DNA of 64,000 nt from Blastocystis sp. Blastoise (Eukaryota; Protista; Bigyra: Opalinata): the NCBI GenBank assembly GCA_039096225.1, contig JBBPEB010000021.1, forward strand, positions 682,001 to 746,000. The letters run 5' to 3'. The notes beneath the pieces are model-generated. The model had not been told where the DNA came from and ran no database searches. It worked only from the letters and a program-made list of their open reading frames with translations. Made by a program: the position numbers and the translations under genes. This document shows, one piece after another, positions 1 through 13,765 of the stretch (position 1 is the first letter of the stretch; each line of letters starts with the position of its first letter).

Positions 1-1038
1 ATTATTTTATAATGTATATATAAAAGCAATAGTAAAATAAAGAAGAACAAAAAGAAATATAATTTAAAAAAAAATAATAAATAAATAAATAAAATAAATA
101 AAATAATAATATTAAAAAAAACATATTAAATAATAAATAAAATAATAATTATAAAAAAAACATAATAAATAATAAATAAAATAATAATATAAAAAACATA
201 ATAAATAATAATTAAAATAATAATTAAAAAAACTTACCTTTTTAAGATTAAACATAGTTTTTAAATTATTTTCAATTTCTTGTTTAGTTAAAGAAGGATT
301 ACGATTATGATTTAATAAGCATTCTTCTGTAGTTAATAAAGTACCTTCTCCATCAACAGAAATAGATCCACCTTCTAAAATCATTTGTTGTTTATAACGT
401 TCTAAACGTTCAATATTACATATTTTATTAGGTATACTATTATCATCACTCCAATCATCATAGCAACCACCTTCTAAACCACCCCAAGCATTAAATTCCC
501 AATCAGTACCACGAACTATACCCTCCTTATTCATTACAAAGATAGGAGCTAGAAATATACAAGAATTATTATTTATAGTATAAAAATAATAGTTATTAGA
601 TATAGATTCTTATCATTTTTAGAAAATTTATTATATATATATATTATTTTTATTATAAGAATGATATTTAATATATATATTATTGTTATCTTAACTATGA
701 AATATCTTATCAATAATATAAATAAAAAAAACGTTATAAAATGAAAACATACCAGTATCTCTAAACCAAGAATCATTTTGAGACATTTCAATGACTCTAA
801 CATTCTTATCAAGAATAGAACGAGCATATTCAAATTGTTCCTTAGGAGCACAAACAGTAACAGGTTCAAAACGAGCAATAGCATTAGCTACATCAGCAAA
901 ATTAAGTTGAGCATACTTAGCATTACATCTCCAATTATCAGGACGAACAGGGAAACCCATCCAAGTTTGTTTATGTTTCGACCATTCAGCAGGCATGAAA
1001 AAGCTATCTTTAACAGGAGTAGAATTCACAATTGACAT
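1..1038 (-). CDS. aguA: Agmatine deiminase (agmatine iminohydrolase), 5' part; exons 1038-753 and 548-238, continues off the window start
   Basis: Motifs [29 protein letters not shown](A)[10 protein letters not shown] and [28 protein letters not shown] are typical of the family. The GT-AG intron 752-549 joins the exons in frame. Confidence 0.92.
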
Positions 1039-1693
1039 TATCTTTTAGAGAATTATAATCAACAATAGAATGAATAAAAGAATTGACCATTTTTTTCTTG
1101 ATAAAAACAAAGTCTGGTTTTCCTTTATTTGTTTATGTTTCTTGAGTTTCCCATGGAAACATGTCATTTCTTCATTGATATTTGAAAAAAAACAGCCATT
1201 CAAAAAAAAGAAATTCTCCTATTGAACTAATAGAATCAGAGAAAATTTGTCAATAAAAATACATAAAAAAATTGTTTCCATTTTACATCATTATGTACTA
1301 AAAATAATTATTTATCTTTAATATACAAATCTTTGTTGCGTATTTGTGAATACTAATAAATATACACAAATATTTTTCAGTTTATAAAATAATATTAGAA
1401 AAAAACATAAACAACACATGCAAATCACAGTAGTTTTTTTAATTGGCTTATAACCAAAATAAATGATATATATTACAATAAAAAGAATTTTTTTACAGTA
1501 CGTGCTTTATTATTTTCATGCAGATTGGTTAATATTTTTGAATTTAGAAACCAAGACCTTTGAAAGGATCATTAGCAAGAGGATTAGAAGCAGGTATATA
1601 GATGATATTCAATAATAAAAATTATGATTTATATTTTTAAAATATATATATATATATATATATTCAACAAAATAAAATAAATTATAATTATAA

Positions 1694-4600
1694 TTACATA
1701 GGTTGTTGTTGTTGTTGATACATATTATTATAGGGATTATATTGTTGTTGAGGCTGTTGAGGTTGTTGGGCAGGAGCAGCGAAACCAGTGTTGAATCCAC
1801 CAAAGCTAAAAGGATCAGCAGCAGGAGCAGGAGCGGGAGCAGCAGCAGGAGCACCAAATCCACTATTATAACCACCAAAACTGAAAGGATCAGCAGCAGG
1901 AGCAGGAGCGGCGGCAGGAGCAGGTGCAGCAAAACCAGTGTTGAATCCACCAAAGCTAAAAGGATCAGCAGCAGCGGGAGCGGGAGCAGGAGCAGCGGCA
2001 GGAGCACTGAATCCACCAAATCCGAAAGGATCAGCAGCAGCAGGAGCAGCAGCAGTAACAGGAGTTACAGGAGTAGTAGGAGAAGGAACAGTATAGTCGA
2101 ATCCAAAGACATCAGCAGAAGCTTGATTATTAGAAGCATAAGGATTTTCAATATGATCATTAGCAGTAGGAGTAGGAGTACTAACAGAATTGAATCCAAA
2201 TAAATCTTCTTCAGGAGCAGGAGCAGGAGCAGCAGGTTCAGCAGCAGCTTCTACAGCAGGTTCAACAGGAGCTTCAGCTACAGGAGCAGCAGCACCAGAT
2301 TGAGATCCAAAGACACTCTTAGAAGGACCAAAGAAACCACCGGTATTTGAAGGACCAGAGAATAAATCAGCAGCTTTATTTTGAGTGAATAAAGAAGAGC
2401 CACTAACATCAGCAGGAGCACTAGGAGGTAAAGTGACACCATTAACAGAACTACCAAATAAAGCAGCAGCAGTAGGAGCAGCAGGAGCACCAGTAGTATT
2501 AGCAGTAGGTAAATCAGTAATATTAGTAGCAATAGGTTTAGCTTGTTCAGGAGTTTCATAAGCATCAACCTTGAAAGAAGATTCTTCATTATCATATTCT
2601 TCTTCTAATTCTTGAGGAGGTTCATATTCCTTAGCACCATTAGCAATAGCCATATTAACGAAATCTTGAGTAAAACTTAAAGATTCATCAATATCATAAG
2701 CATCATCTTGATATTCTTTAGGAGGAAGAGCAACAGGAACTAATAATTGATTTTCCATAAGAGAACGGAATAAAATAGCTCTTTCTTGAATATCTACATT
2801 CTTAGAACGAAGAGTTTCGGTAAGAATAGCAGCAGATTCATTAGTATATTGTCCATTCATAGCAGTTAATTTCATAATAGCAGTTAAACAATAACCTTGA
2901 GTTTCAGGATCACTTTCTTTATGATATAAATTACATAATCTAGCAATAACTTCAGTTAAACCACAATCAGCAGAATTACCATATTCACCAAGAATAAAAG
3001 CAACAACTTGTACAAAGATTTCAGGTAATTTAGGTTCATCTAATAATTCTAAGAACATAGCAATAGCTTCTCCTCTTAATTGTTGATCAGCTTCAGGATC
3101 TCCTTGACCCTCATCTAATAATTTCATAACAGTATGAGCAATTTCAGCAGGTACTTTATCACCAGCAGCTAAGAAAAGAGAAGTAATTGTTTTAATATAC
3201 CAAGTAGTATCTCCATTATAGAAACGTTCAGCAAGATCATTAATACGCTTAATAAGAATTTCTTGGAAATAATCATCAGTAGAATTCTTTAAGAAATCAA
3301 CCATACGATCAATAACGACTTGAACATTATTTACATTAGAAATACAGAAAAGTAAATCAAGAGCCTATAGAAAAGAAAAAAAATAATATTAAAATAATTA
3401 AATAAATAATAAATAAATAATAATAATAAATAAATAATAATAAATAAATAATAATAAATAAATAATAATAAATAAATAATAATAAATAAATAATAATAAA
3501 TAAATAATAATAAATAAATAATAATAAATAAATAATAATAAATAAATAATAATAAATAAATAATAATAAATAAATAATAATAAATAAATAATAATAAATA
3601 AATAATAATAAATAAATAATAATAAATAAATAATAATAAATAAATAATAATAAATAAATAATAATAAATAAATAATAATAAATAAATAATAATAAATAAA
3701 TAATAATAAATAAATAATAATAAATAAATAATAATAAATAAATAATAATAAATAAATAATAATAAATAAATAATAATAAATAAATAATAATAAATAAATA
3801 ATAATAAATAATAAATAAATAATAAATAAATAATAAATAAATAATAATAAATAATAATAAATAAATAAATAAATAAATAAATAATAAATAATAAATAATA
3901 AATAAAAAGTATACCTTTCTCTTAAGGGATTGATCATCGGATTGAAGACAGTCCATGACAGCCATTTGATGACTAGCAGCAGCAGCAGGATTTTCCTTAA
4001 CAACTTCTTCTAAAGCACTAAGACCAATATACTTTAAGTTAGCTTGAGGAGATTGAATGAAACGAGTAATATTAGCATTAGCAGTTTCCATAAGTGTATT
4101 ATTAGGATAAATATGGAAAATAGTACGAATACATTCAAAAGCAATAGCATAACCAGCATTTAATCCAGTTTCAGAACGTTGAAGACTATCAGCAATAACA
4201 TTATACATCTTTTCAGAAGCAGCTAAATCACCATAACCTAAACGACCTAATAAACGAATAAGTTTAATTTGAAGCCAAGGAGCAGGCATTCTATGATAAT
4301 CATAATCACGAGGTAATTTACTTTCAATAACTTGTTTTAAGATAGAAACAAGAGAAGTAACAAGATTCTTAGAAATAGAAGGATCTTCTTTACAAAGATC
4401 ATCAATAAGAACAACAGCAGCAGACATAACAGCAGGATCACTATCACAAATCATCTTATTAATTTCATCATAAAGATGAGAAATAGAAGAATGATCTAAT
4501 TGCCAGAATCTATGAAGAGCAAGAATAGCCTTCTTTCTAACAAATTCACGTTTATGAGTTAAAAGAGAAACAACTGGAGAAATAACAGCAGGAATCAAAT

Positions 4601-5391
4601 CAAGAGTGACAAGCTTAGCAATAGCACTTAAAGCATTAGCTATTTGAATATGATCAGAAGAAGTCATATCCTATAGAAATTATTATATATAAAGATATTT
4701 TTTAATGTATTATTATTATATATGTTTATGAAAAATTAGTTGTTTTATAAATTATAATTGTTAAAATATATATTGATATTAGTTAAAATATATATTTATA
4801 TTAGTTAAAATATATATTTATATACCTTTTGAAGCATATTGACAACCATGAAACGGAATTCATGTTCAGGACCAATACAGGAAGAAGCAACAAGATAACC
4901 TATATATAGAAATATATATAAATAAATAATAATATAAAAATAACATTTAAAAACATTATATATTTAATAAATGTATACCAATTTTCTTTAAGTAAATATT
5001 GTTGTTGGCAGAAAGCTATAGAGATTAAAAAAATATATTAATTATATCTATAGAGTCTATTTTAATAATATCATCATACTTCAATACATTTAATGTAACC
5101 AAAAGAACAATCATGACCTAACATTTCAGCATAAATCATTCTGAGCATATTTTCATGAATAGTTTTCTATATGTTTATAATATTAAAATAAAGTTTTATT
5201 TAAAAAAATAATAAAAGACGGAATAAAAATGTATAAAAACATACGTTATCAGCTTTAGGATCAAGAATAGTTTTCTTGAGAATAGCAATTTCCTTATTCA
5301 TGATTTTATCTTCATCTTGTTTGGTTTTAGCATCACCAATATTCTTGATGAATTCAAAATATCCCTTAGAGACGTTAGAAGGAATAGACAT
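1694..5391 (-). CDS. AP4E1: AP-4 complex subunit epsilon (multi-exon) with a low-complexity C-terminal tail
   Basis: The N-terminus SKGYFEFIKNIGDAKTKQDEDKI and the motifs HEFRFMVVNMLQKD and DYDYHRMPAPWLQIKL match the adaptin epsilon trunk. Exons are joined by GT-AG introns; stop TAA at 1694-1696. Confidence 0.88.
1781..2050 (-). repeat. Coding tandem repeat (about 66-75 bp x4) encoding APAPAAADPF(S/G)FGG(F/Y)
   Basis: Near-identical units are visible in both the DNA and the 1694..3304 translation. Confidence 0.9.
3400..3905. repeat. Intronic 11-bp minisatellite (AATAATAAATA)n
   Basis: Direct periodic repeat filling the AP4E intron. Confidence 0.9.
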
Positions 5392-6089
5392 CTTTATGGA
5401 TTATATTATATATATAAAAAACGAAATAAGAACAATGTCAATCTTTGTATATCATTTTCTAGGGGAAAAAAGCAAATAGCAAGTATCGAAATTAGTATAT
5501 AGTTTTGGCCACAAAATCCCATCGTCTTTATTAGATACTTCCTTGTTCTTTCTGGAAGATAATGATTTTTTATTAATTAAGATTGACACTTGCAACCCGA
5601 TTAAGATTGCATCAATAACCACGGTTATCAAATAGTGTTTTTCAGTAAGTCTCAGTTTAATCTGAAAATATTCTTTTATTTTGGTGAGTTATGAAAGAAA
5701 ATATACCTTATAAGATCTGTTTTTGTTGTAAACACTTTGTTTTCATTAATTCAAACGTAAAGAAACAATGAAATAATAATGTTTCAACAAATTAGATACT
5801 AAAAAAATAAAATTTTAGTTTTGATTGCTTTTATTTCTATTCAATGATACAGGAAATACTGTATATATTCATTTTAATAAACAAAACGATGATTTAAAAA
5901 AACTCACAGACATTCATTAAATTATTTTTTTATTAGTAAAGCAGCAATAGCTAAGTTTTATGCAAAAAAGAGAATAAAAATAAATAGAGCGGCTAAACGA
6001 ATAAAAGAAGAAAGAAACGAATAGAAAGAAAGAACAGTAAAATGAAGGTAATATAGATAATACCTTGGAATAAATCCACTCAAACAATC

Positions 6090-6227
6090 TTAACTGTTCT
6101 TATAGAATATTTTATCAAATAAGATAACACAACCAATAAGTGTAAGACGAGATTCATAAGAAATATTTTCAGGTAAATAAAGATCATAAGAAATATCCTA
6201 TAGTTTGTTAATAAATTAATTAATTAA

Positions 6228-6262
<35 letters not shown>

Positions 6263-7621
6263 AATAATAAATATAAATAATATTAAATAAATAAGCATAC
6301 CGATCCCATAAAAACATTATTCTTAGTAATTGAACCTTTTTGTTGAGTAAGAAGATCTGTAATAGTAAAATGTCGACAACTCAAATCCCCTTGATTATAT
6401 AGAGAGACTAAAGGAGTATCTCTCCTATTACTTCCAAGAATAGACACAGTACAACAATCATCAAGAGTACATGTACATAAAAGTTTACGACCAATAAACA
6501 TATCTAAAGATGGTATACCTATATATGTATATATATATAATTATATAGTTTATAATTATATAGTTTATATAATATTAAGAAATAAATTTATTAAATATAT
6601 ATATATATATAAATTAATATACAGTCCAAAGAATAAGTGACATAAACTTGTTGTTTATCATTATCAATAAAAATAAATGAATATACATCATTACATGGAT
6701 TAATAATATCAGAAGCCTATATATAATGATATATATATATATATTTTATTAATAAAAAAAATAAATTATGAATGATTCATAATAATAAATATAAATAAAA
6801 TGAATATTTATTATTTGAAAGTATAAAAATGAATAATATAAATAATCATACTCTCATTATAGAAAGAGAACACTGACCAGTTTTAGTATTAGAAGGATCA
6901 ACAAGAACTTTCCAACTATATCATGTAGGTATTTATATACATTTCTTAGAATAATGATATATATATATATACTTGGTTATTATTTCACAATTATTATTTG
7001 ATATATTCTTATTCACACACATATGTTGACATATATATATAGATAAAATATTAAATAAAATAATAATTAATAAAATAATATTTAATAAAATAATTATTAA
7101 TAAAGAATTATTAATAAAATAATATTTAATAAAATAATTATTAATAAAATAATATTTAATAAAATAATCATTAATAAAATAATTATTAATAAAATAATTA
7201 TTAATAAAAGAATAATTAAAATAATAATTAATAAAATAATAATTAATAAAATAATAAAAAATAAATTTCAATAAAACATACAATTCATAAGTGCCTTTTG
7301 AGAAGGGAGAATACTGTTGACAGCAGGACTAAGTGCAGCGACTACTGGGATAGCTTGATTTTGATAATAATTAACAGAAATAGTTGATGGTGAGTCAATA
7401 GGAGCTACTGGAATCATTGGTTGAGTAACAATGTATGGATCTGAGACATTATAGGTAGCCATTTGAGGTTTAGTAGTATAAACATTTTGAACATCGTTTG
7501 CTAGAGTTGCAACGGGAATTGAAGTAGAAGGAAATATTGCAGGATTAACTGTGTTCATAGAGCCATTGTTATCATATGTGGCAGGAGTTATGTTATAAGA
7601 AAGAGGATATTGAACTTGCAT
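6090..7621 (-). CDS. Phospholipid scramblase / Tubby-C-like protein with a Pro/Gln-rich N-terminus (about 5 exons)
   Basis: The spliced product runs from MQVQYPLSY to DISYDLYLPENISYESRLTLIGCVILFDKIFYKNS*. The end resembles the scramblase C-terminal FP..helix..LIG..LxD..F pattern. Confidence 0.6.
7070..7260. repeat. Intronic 15-bp minisatellite (TTAATAAAATAATTA-like)
   Basis: Periodic repeat inside the first intron of the scramblase-like gene. Confidence 0.75.
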
Positions 7622-8415
7622 ATTATCAAATAAGAAAAAAAGAAATTTGTGATTTATAAAAAAATGAAAACCAAAATGCTTTTTCAACGAATACTTTTGT
7701 ATTCAGTTTCCATGTATCTTTTCATGTGAAACACTATCAATATACATAGATAAAGCGAGTTTTCTTCTAGACATTATATAAAACACAAGAGGAGTGGTTG
7801 TTACGTCGTATCTATATCCATCTACCTGGAAGAATAAAACAAATATAATTTGTTTAGAATAATCTTCACTCTTCAACGATTTCATAATGTTTATCTTACG
7901 TATAGAATAGTGTGTCATCTTTTATAGTCATGTATTAGCTAAATAATAGTTATTTCATAAAAAAAATCCACAATTGATATGAAATTATTAATAAGAATAA
8001 CATGTATTATGTGTTATTGTATGAGTTATCCTAATGTGTGAATTTTTTAGGATATGAGAAAATGGTTTTATATAGTTTTCATTAATTAATATATGCATAC
8101 TTGAAAAAAAAATCATTATTTGCTGTTTCTGATATAGATAAAAATAATAGCAACTCCATTTGATAACAAAAATATATTTTATATGAATATTATATATATA
8201 CATAACATCGTTTTTTCTTAATAAATATATTAATTACCCTTATTAGATTTTCTTTTATAGAAAATGTTCATTAGTCTTAATAATTTTTTTCTTTCATTTT
8301 TTTGTATATATATTATATCATTTTAAAATATTAACAAAACAACAATTACTTTTATTATACGAATTATTTTATAAAAAATAATTTATTTTTATAAAAAAAT
8401 ATTTAAAGAAAAACT

Positions 8416-11400
8416 TTAATTAATAGTAACTTTAAAGGTCTTGAATTCCATAGGTTCAATAGTAAATTCATAAGGATTATATCTTCTGAAATGACGAGCT
8501 TCCTTAACTTCATTAGTATTATTTTCACCTTCCATCTTCCAAACAAGTCTTTCTTTTTCAACTTGTTCCTTACTAAACATACCAGTTAATTGCATTTCAG
8601 TCATAGAAGAAGGAGTCATATTATTGAATATCTTAGAAACATCAAGAGTAACAGCTTTAGCTAATTCTTCATCTTCATTTTGTTCATATAAATGATGGAA
8701 TCTAAGAATATAAGAATCATCATGAGGACCAGCAAGTTGGAAATCAAGAATTTGAATATTCTTAGGCATTTCTTCTTTAAGAAGAGAGAAAGTAGGAATA
8801 GATTTAATTTCACCAGCAAAGAAGAAAGGAACAATAGCATGAGAATAAAGAATATCAAGTGTCTTATACATCTTAGTACTTCTTTCTTTATTAGCAACAA
8901 GAGTCCAAAGACCAATATCACCTTGATCATTTTCTTTAAGAGCTTCACCAACACCATAACCATCATCATTATTAGTTCTACGTCTTAACATAATTTCAAC
9001 ATGACCTTCACCAGTAGAAGCACAACCATGAGCACGTTCTTCTAAGATAGTAACACGAGTAGAATCATCTTGAATATATACACGTTGAACAGTAGGATAA
9101 TAATTACCACCAACTTTATTAGAAGCACCTTCATTAAAAGCTCTTTCTTGCATTTCAAGACCATTATTATCAGCATAAACTACCTTATTATTCTTAAGTT
9201 CAGTATTATATCTCATTACAATTTCAGCACCATCATCAGTAGGACCAAAATCATAAACTAATTCTACAATATTTTCGAATTCAGTATGATCTTTATAAAG
9301 ACGAAGAGTCATAGAATAACCATCTTTATAATGAATTTGAACTTCTTCAAGAAGATCACCTTTAATTACTTTAGTCCAAGAATTACCATCATAATTAACA
9401 GCATCAGGTTCACTTTGAGAAGGTTGGAAAGAATAAGCACCAGAACCACGGTTATTAGTATATTGATATAATTTACCATTAACATTAACAATTCTATTAT
9501 TTTCTTCTTTAACAACAATAAATTTAATTTCACCATTTTCTACATGAAGAGCATATTTATCATTTTCAATAATAGCTTCTTCATTACGACGAGCAGTAAT
9601 TTCATGAGATTCTTTAGCTAATTTAATATAAACAGTATTATAACCAAGAGCAGGCATATCAACAGTGAAATAAAGAGCATGAGTACCATTTCTCTTATCA
9701 ATAGAATAGTCAGGTAATTCATTAATTTGAGATTGAATCTTCTTACCTTCACCATCAACAACTTCAATATCCTTACGAGGAACAACAACACGAACAGTTT
9801 GTTCTCTCTTCCAAGCTACATTATTGAATAAAATAACACCAAGAGCATTATTTTCATTTAATCCTTCCCAAGCAACAGTAATATTTCTAGTAACACCAGA
9901 AACACCAGTGAATTTCTCTAAAAGAGTAGAAGCAGCTTCACCATTGAAATGTAAACCATTAACCATTTGAACGTTGTAATCATCAGATACAGCTTGTTTT
10001 TCAGTACCTATATTATAGGTATAAGATAGCTTTATTTTGTATTATTTATTATATATATAGATATTATATCAATATTTATTAAAATAATAATAATAATAAA
10101 TTAAATAAATAAAATAAAAATAATAAAAAAAAAAAAAACACAACATACCAGTAATAGCATCGTGATGTTGGAATTCACCATGAGCTTTCTTAAGAATTAA
10201 GATCTTTTTATATAATTCATCTTTAGGAACATCAGCCTTAACAATATCAGCATAAGAAAGTAAATAATCAGCAACATTAAATTCGTTACGAGATTGTCTA
10301 CCCATATACTTCAGTCTTTGTCTACTAGTATAATAACCAGTCCAATAAGCTCCAGCTCTATCAGCATAAGGCATAAAATCCTTATCGTAAGAACCCCAAG
10401 TACGATCATATTCATGAACAGCCTTAATATAATCAGAGAATACAGAATATTGAACACGAACACCAAATTTATCAGTATTAGCATTAACATATTCAATAAG
10501 TTTATCCATATTAGCATAAGCTACAAAAGCATTAGTATGAGTAAAATCACAACCCCAAGTAATAATTAAATGACCACCATTATCATACCATTCAGAACGA
10601 GATTTAACCATAGCAACAAATCTTTCAGCTTTTTCTACATAATTAGGCTTAAAAGTAGGTAAAGCTTCATCCCATTGATACCATTTATTATCATCAGTCC
10701 AATATAAGTTTTCACCAGCAGAATTAGAGAAGAAATCACATTCATCAGGAGAACAATAGTGAGAATCCATAATATGAGTAAAGATATCACTCTTATGACC
10801 AAGAGATTTAGCACCTCTCCACATAAATTCAAGATTCTTAGAAGACTTACGTTGATCCTTATCTTGATAATGAATACGATTAATACCAAAAGCATCTAAA
10901 CCAATATCAGCAAATAATTGAGCTAAACCACTAGAGTGACCAAAAGGATCAATATGCCAACCAACAGTAGGACGAACACCAAATTCATCATAAATAAATT
11001 TAGCACCAAGAGTCATTTGAGAAATAATATCTTCATAATTAGCAGTAGCTTCATCATTCATAGCCCAACCACCAAGATTAAATTCAAATTGACCATTCTT
11101 TACTAATTTACGAACATCATTTCTAATATCTTCGTTTTGTTCATTCCACCATCTTTGGAAGAAAGATTGTTCAACATAAGAGAACTTTCTTGTAGGATTA
11201 ACCTTAAGAGCAGCAACAACAGTATCAAGAATGTAACGAACTTGCTATATAAAAAGAAATAATAAGCATGAGAACAAATAGATATTTATTTATATATAAA
11301 TAGCAAAACACGAATTCTATTTTTTTTTTAATAATATAATGAAAAGAATATATATATATATATAAATACTTTAACATAATATTGATCAGCCTTAACTAAC

Positions 11401-11576
11401 CAACCAGGATCATCATGTGTATGAGGTAAGATATGAACAGTAATAACCTTATCAGTATTAGCATAGGTCTTAGAACGATCATAAGGAGGATTGGATAACT
11501 TTCTATTCATGTCATCCTTCTCATTAACAGCTAAACAAACGCAAGCAAATAACAAAAAGAAGCCAAAGTACTTCAT
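8416..11576 (-). CDS. Lysosomal/secreted alpha-mannosidase, glycoside hydrolase family 38; exons 11576-11370, 11244-10149, 10007-8416
   Basis: Signal peptide MKYFGFFLLFACVCLA. GH38 motifs VHILPHTHDDPGWL, GGWAMNDEA, GWHIDPFGHS, YWTGYYTSR, FQHHDAITGT and GNYYP. Confidence 0.95.
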
Positions 11577-12731
11577 TATTGTATATAACAAACAAAAATA
11601 ATTTTGTGGAAATCTTTGTAAACATTGTTCTTTCTGGAGAGATCAAAACGAGATTAGGGAAACTCTTCAATGATGGAAACTTTGTTTCGAAAATGATATA
11701 TTGGTTCTAGAAAAATTACTCACCAATCAAATTATTTTATTCATTTTACATTCCCAGGATTACTGTCTCAACTCACTCGCCATGTCTGGGATATAATGAA
11801 TAGAGATTATTGACGATATAGGCGTCATTAACAAATACTTTATTCTGTTTGTGTTTGTGTTCTTAAATCGACTGAATCTTCGTAGTCCAAATTATCAGTA
11901 CTAGCTGAATTAAGCTAAATCTCATTTTTAGATTTTTATTCTTGAGATTATTTGCTTATAGACCATCGAGTAATTCCCACTTTTATCAATATGATGCACT
12001 CTTATTATATCTGAATCTGACAATTCTTATATTGTCAGATTTCTAGAAAGATATAAGACAATGGACTTTATTTAGTGGAAAACTTCGTTTACAAAATTGT
12101 TTTTTTTTGTATGTTACACGTTATAAAAATATGTTAAACATCATGGACAAAGAATTACTACGAAAATAGTTATTTTCTTGAAATCAATTCGAGTCTTCTT
12201 GATTTAGTATATTATTGTAATGTTAATATGCTTTTAAATTGTAATTTTCATGTATGAAAAATTCTCGCGTTATTTTGACTTTACATCAAAGAATTGAACA
12301 CATTTGTTGAAATCATTATATTTAGTTAATTAGAATAACTATTGGCAATCAATTAGTTGTCACATTTATTATCTAAGACATCACTATTCAATTTATTTTA
12401 TTGTCATGTTTGTCTTTCACTGTTAATAATAAGTTCAATAAACTACATATTCTTGTTATGTATGTCCGTATATGAGTGTATAGTATCATGTTATCTTCCC
12501 TAAAATAAAAAAACATATATTTTTCGACATCATCTTTTTTTACTATTCAAATAACACCTAATTAAATACACTTATAAATCAGATTCCCTCCTTTCTTTTG
12601 ATATTATCTATATGATATGTTCACCAATCATCTTCATTAATAATATTCCCAAAATACCTCCATTTCTTTTATTAATATATACCATTATTCTTTTCATATT
12701 TTTTTTATTTTCAGTTTATTATAAAAAGAAA

Positions 12732-13404
12732 AGTATATATTTATTCTGCTGATATTTATTCTTTAGTGAGTGTTGAACTTCATAATTCCGTCGAAATTCC
12801 TTCTGTTGTTGTCTCCAATCCTGAAACAATATCTACTTCTATTGAAGGCAACTCTCATGATATTTCTATAAATGAATCTGACCCTTCTACACCCATTAAT
12901 GAATCTGATACTAATGTTGAATCACAAGATAAAAATAGTGTTGAAGAAAGAAAACCAAGTGAAGAAGAATCTAGAAAGGATATAGAACTTAATGAAGTCT
13001 CTATTCTTGAAGAAGAACAAAAGGAAGAGAGTGAAACTCAAGCTGCTCAAGTAGATATTATTAATAACAATGAAGACACTCAACCAAATTTTGATGAAAT
13101 AAAATTAGATACAACACCTATAGAAAAAGATACTATTGATATATCTATATCAAATACTGAAGAAGAACAAACCAAGCAAGAAACCATTGATATATCTATA
13201 TCAAAAACTGAAGAAGAACAAACCAAGCAAATTGATACTGTTGAAAAACCTAAGATAGAGACTGAAAATAATGAAATCACATCTCTTGATGAAACCAATT
13301 GTGAATCATCTAAAAATTCACCTTCTCCTGTAAAGAGACCTTCTCCAGAACAATCTCCTAATAAGAAAACAAAAACAGAAGAAGAAGAAGAAAAGAAACA
13401 GTAA
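12732..13404 (+). CDS. Acidic, disordered 212-aa protein with a C-terminal bipartite NLS; ATG formed across a 34-nt intron (12733-12766)
   Basis: The E/S/T/N-rich ORF has no in-frame ATG, but A|gtatat...ctttag|TG restores one. It ends PVKRPSPEQSPNKKTKTEEEEEKKQ and carries a 51-bp duplication at 13132-13230. Confidence 0.7.
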
Positions 13405-13765
13405 TATATTTGTTAACTATTCTATATATCCTTGTTTCCTTTATATATGTATTATAAGCATTTCTTTTTTGTATAAATTTGTGTAAGTAAGAATTGTTGT
13501 GTTACCGATATTCTTTAGTGAAGAAAAACATAATAATAGTATAAACAAGAATACAATTCACATTAATCAGACATGTTTGATAGAAATTAAAATCTCTATA
13601 AAAACAGAAAAATAAAAAGTTAATGAGAACAAGATACAACAATAATACATCAAACAGAAAAACATACATCTAATAAACATAGAACAATAAACACCAAAAA
13701 AAAACAAAGTTAACAATATATATATATAGAAAAACAACATCAAAATAGGAATCTTTTTTTACTCT

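Noticed and set aside
6081-13414. Blastocystis-type polyadenylation-created stop codons (TGTTTGAG after the stop at 6090; TATTTGTT after 13404)
   Set aside because: Every intact gene here has a complete genomic stop codon, the motif matches are imperfect, and most gene ends lack one. It cannot be supported without poly(A)-site data.
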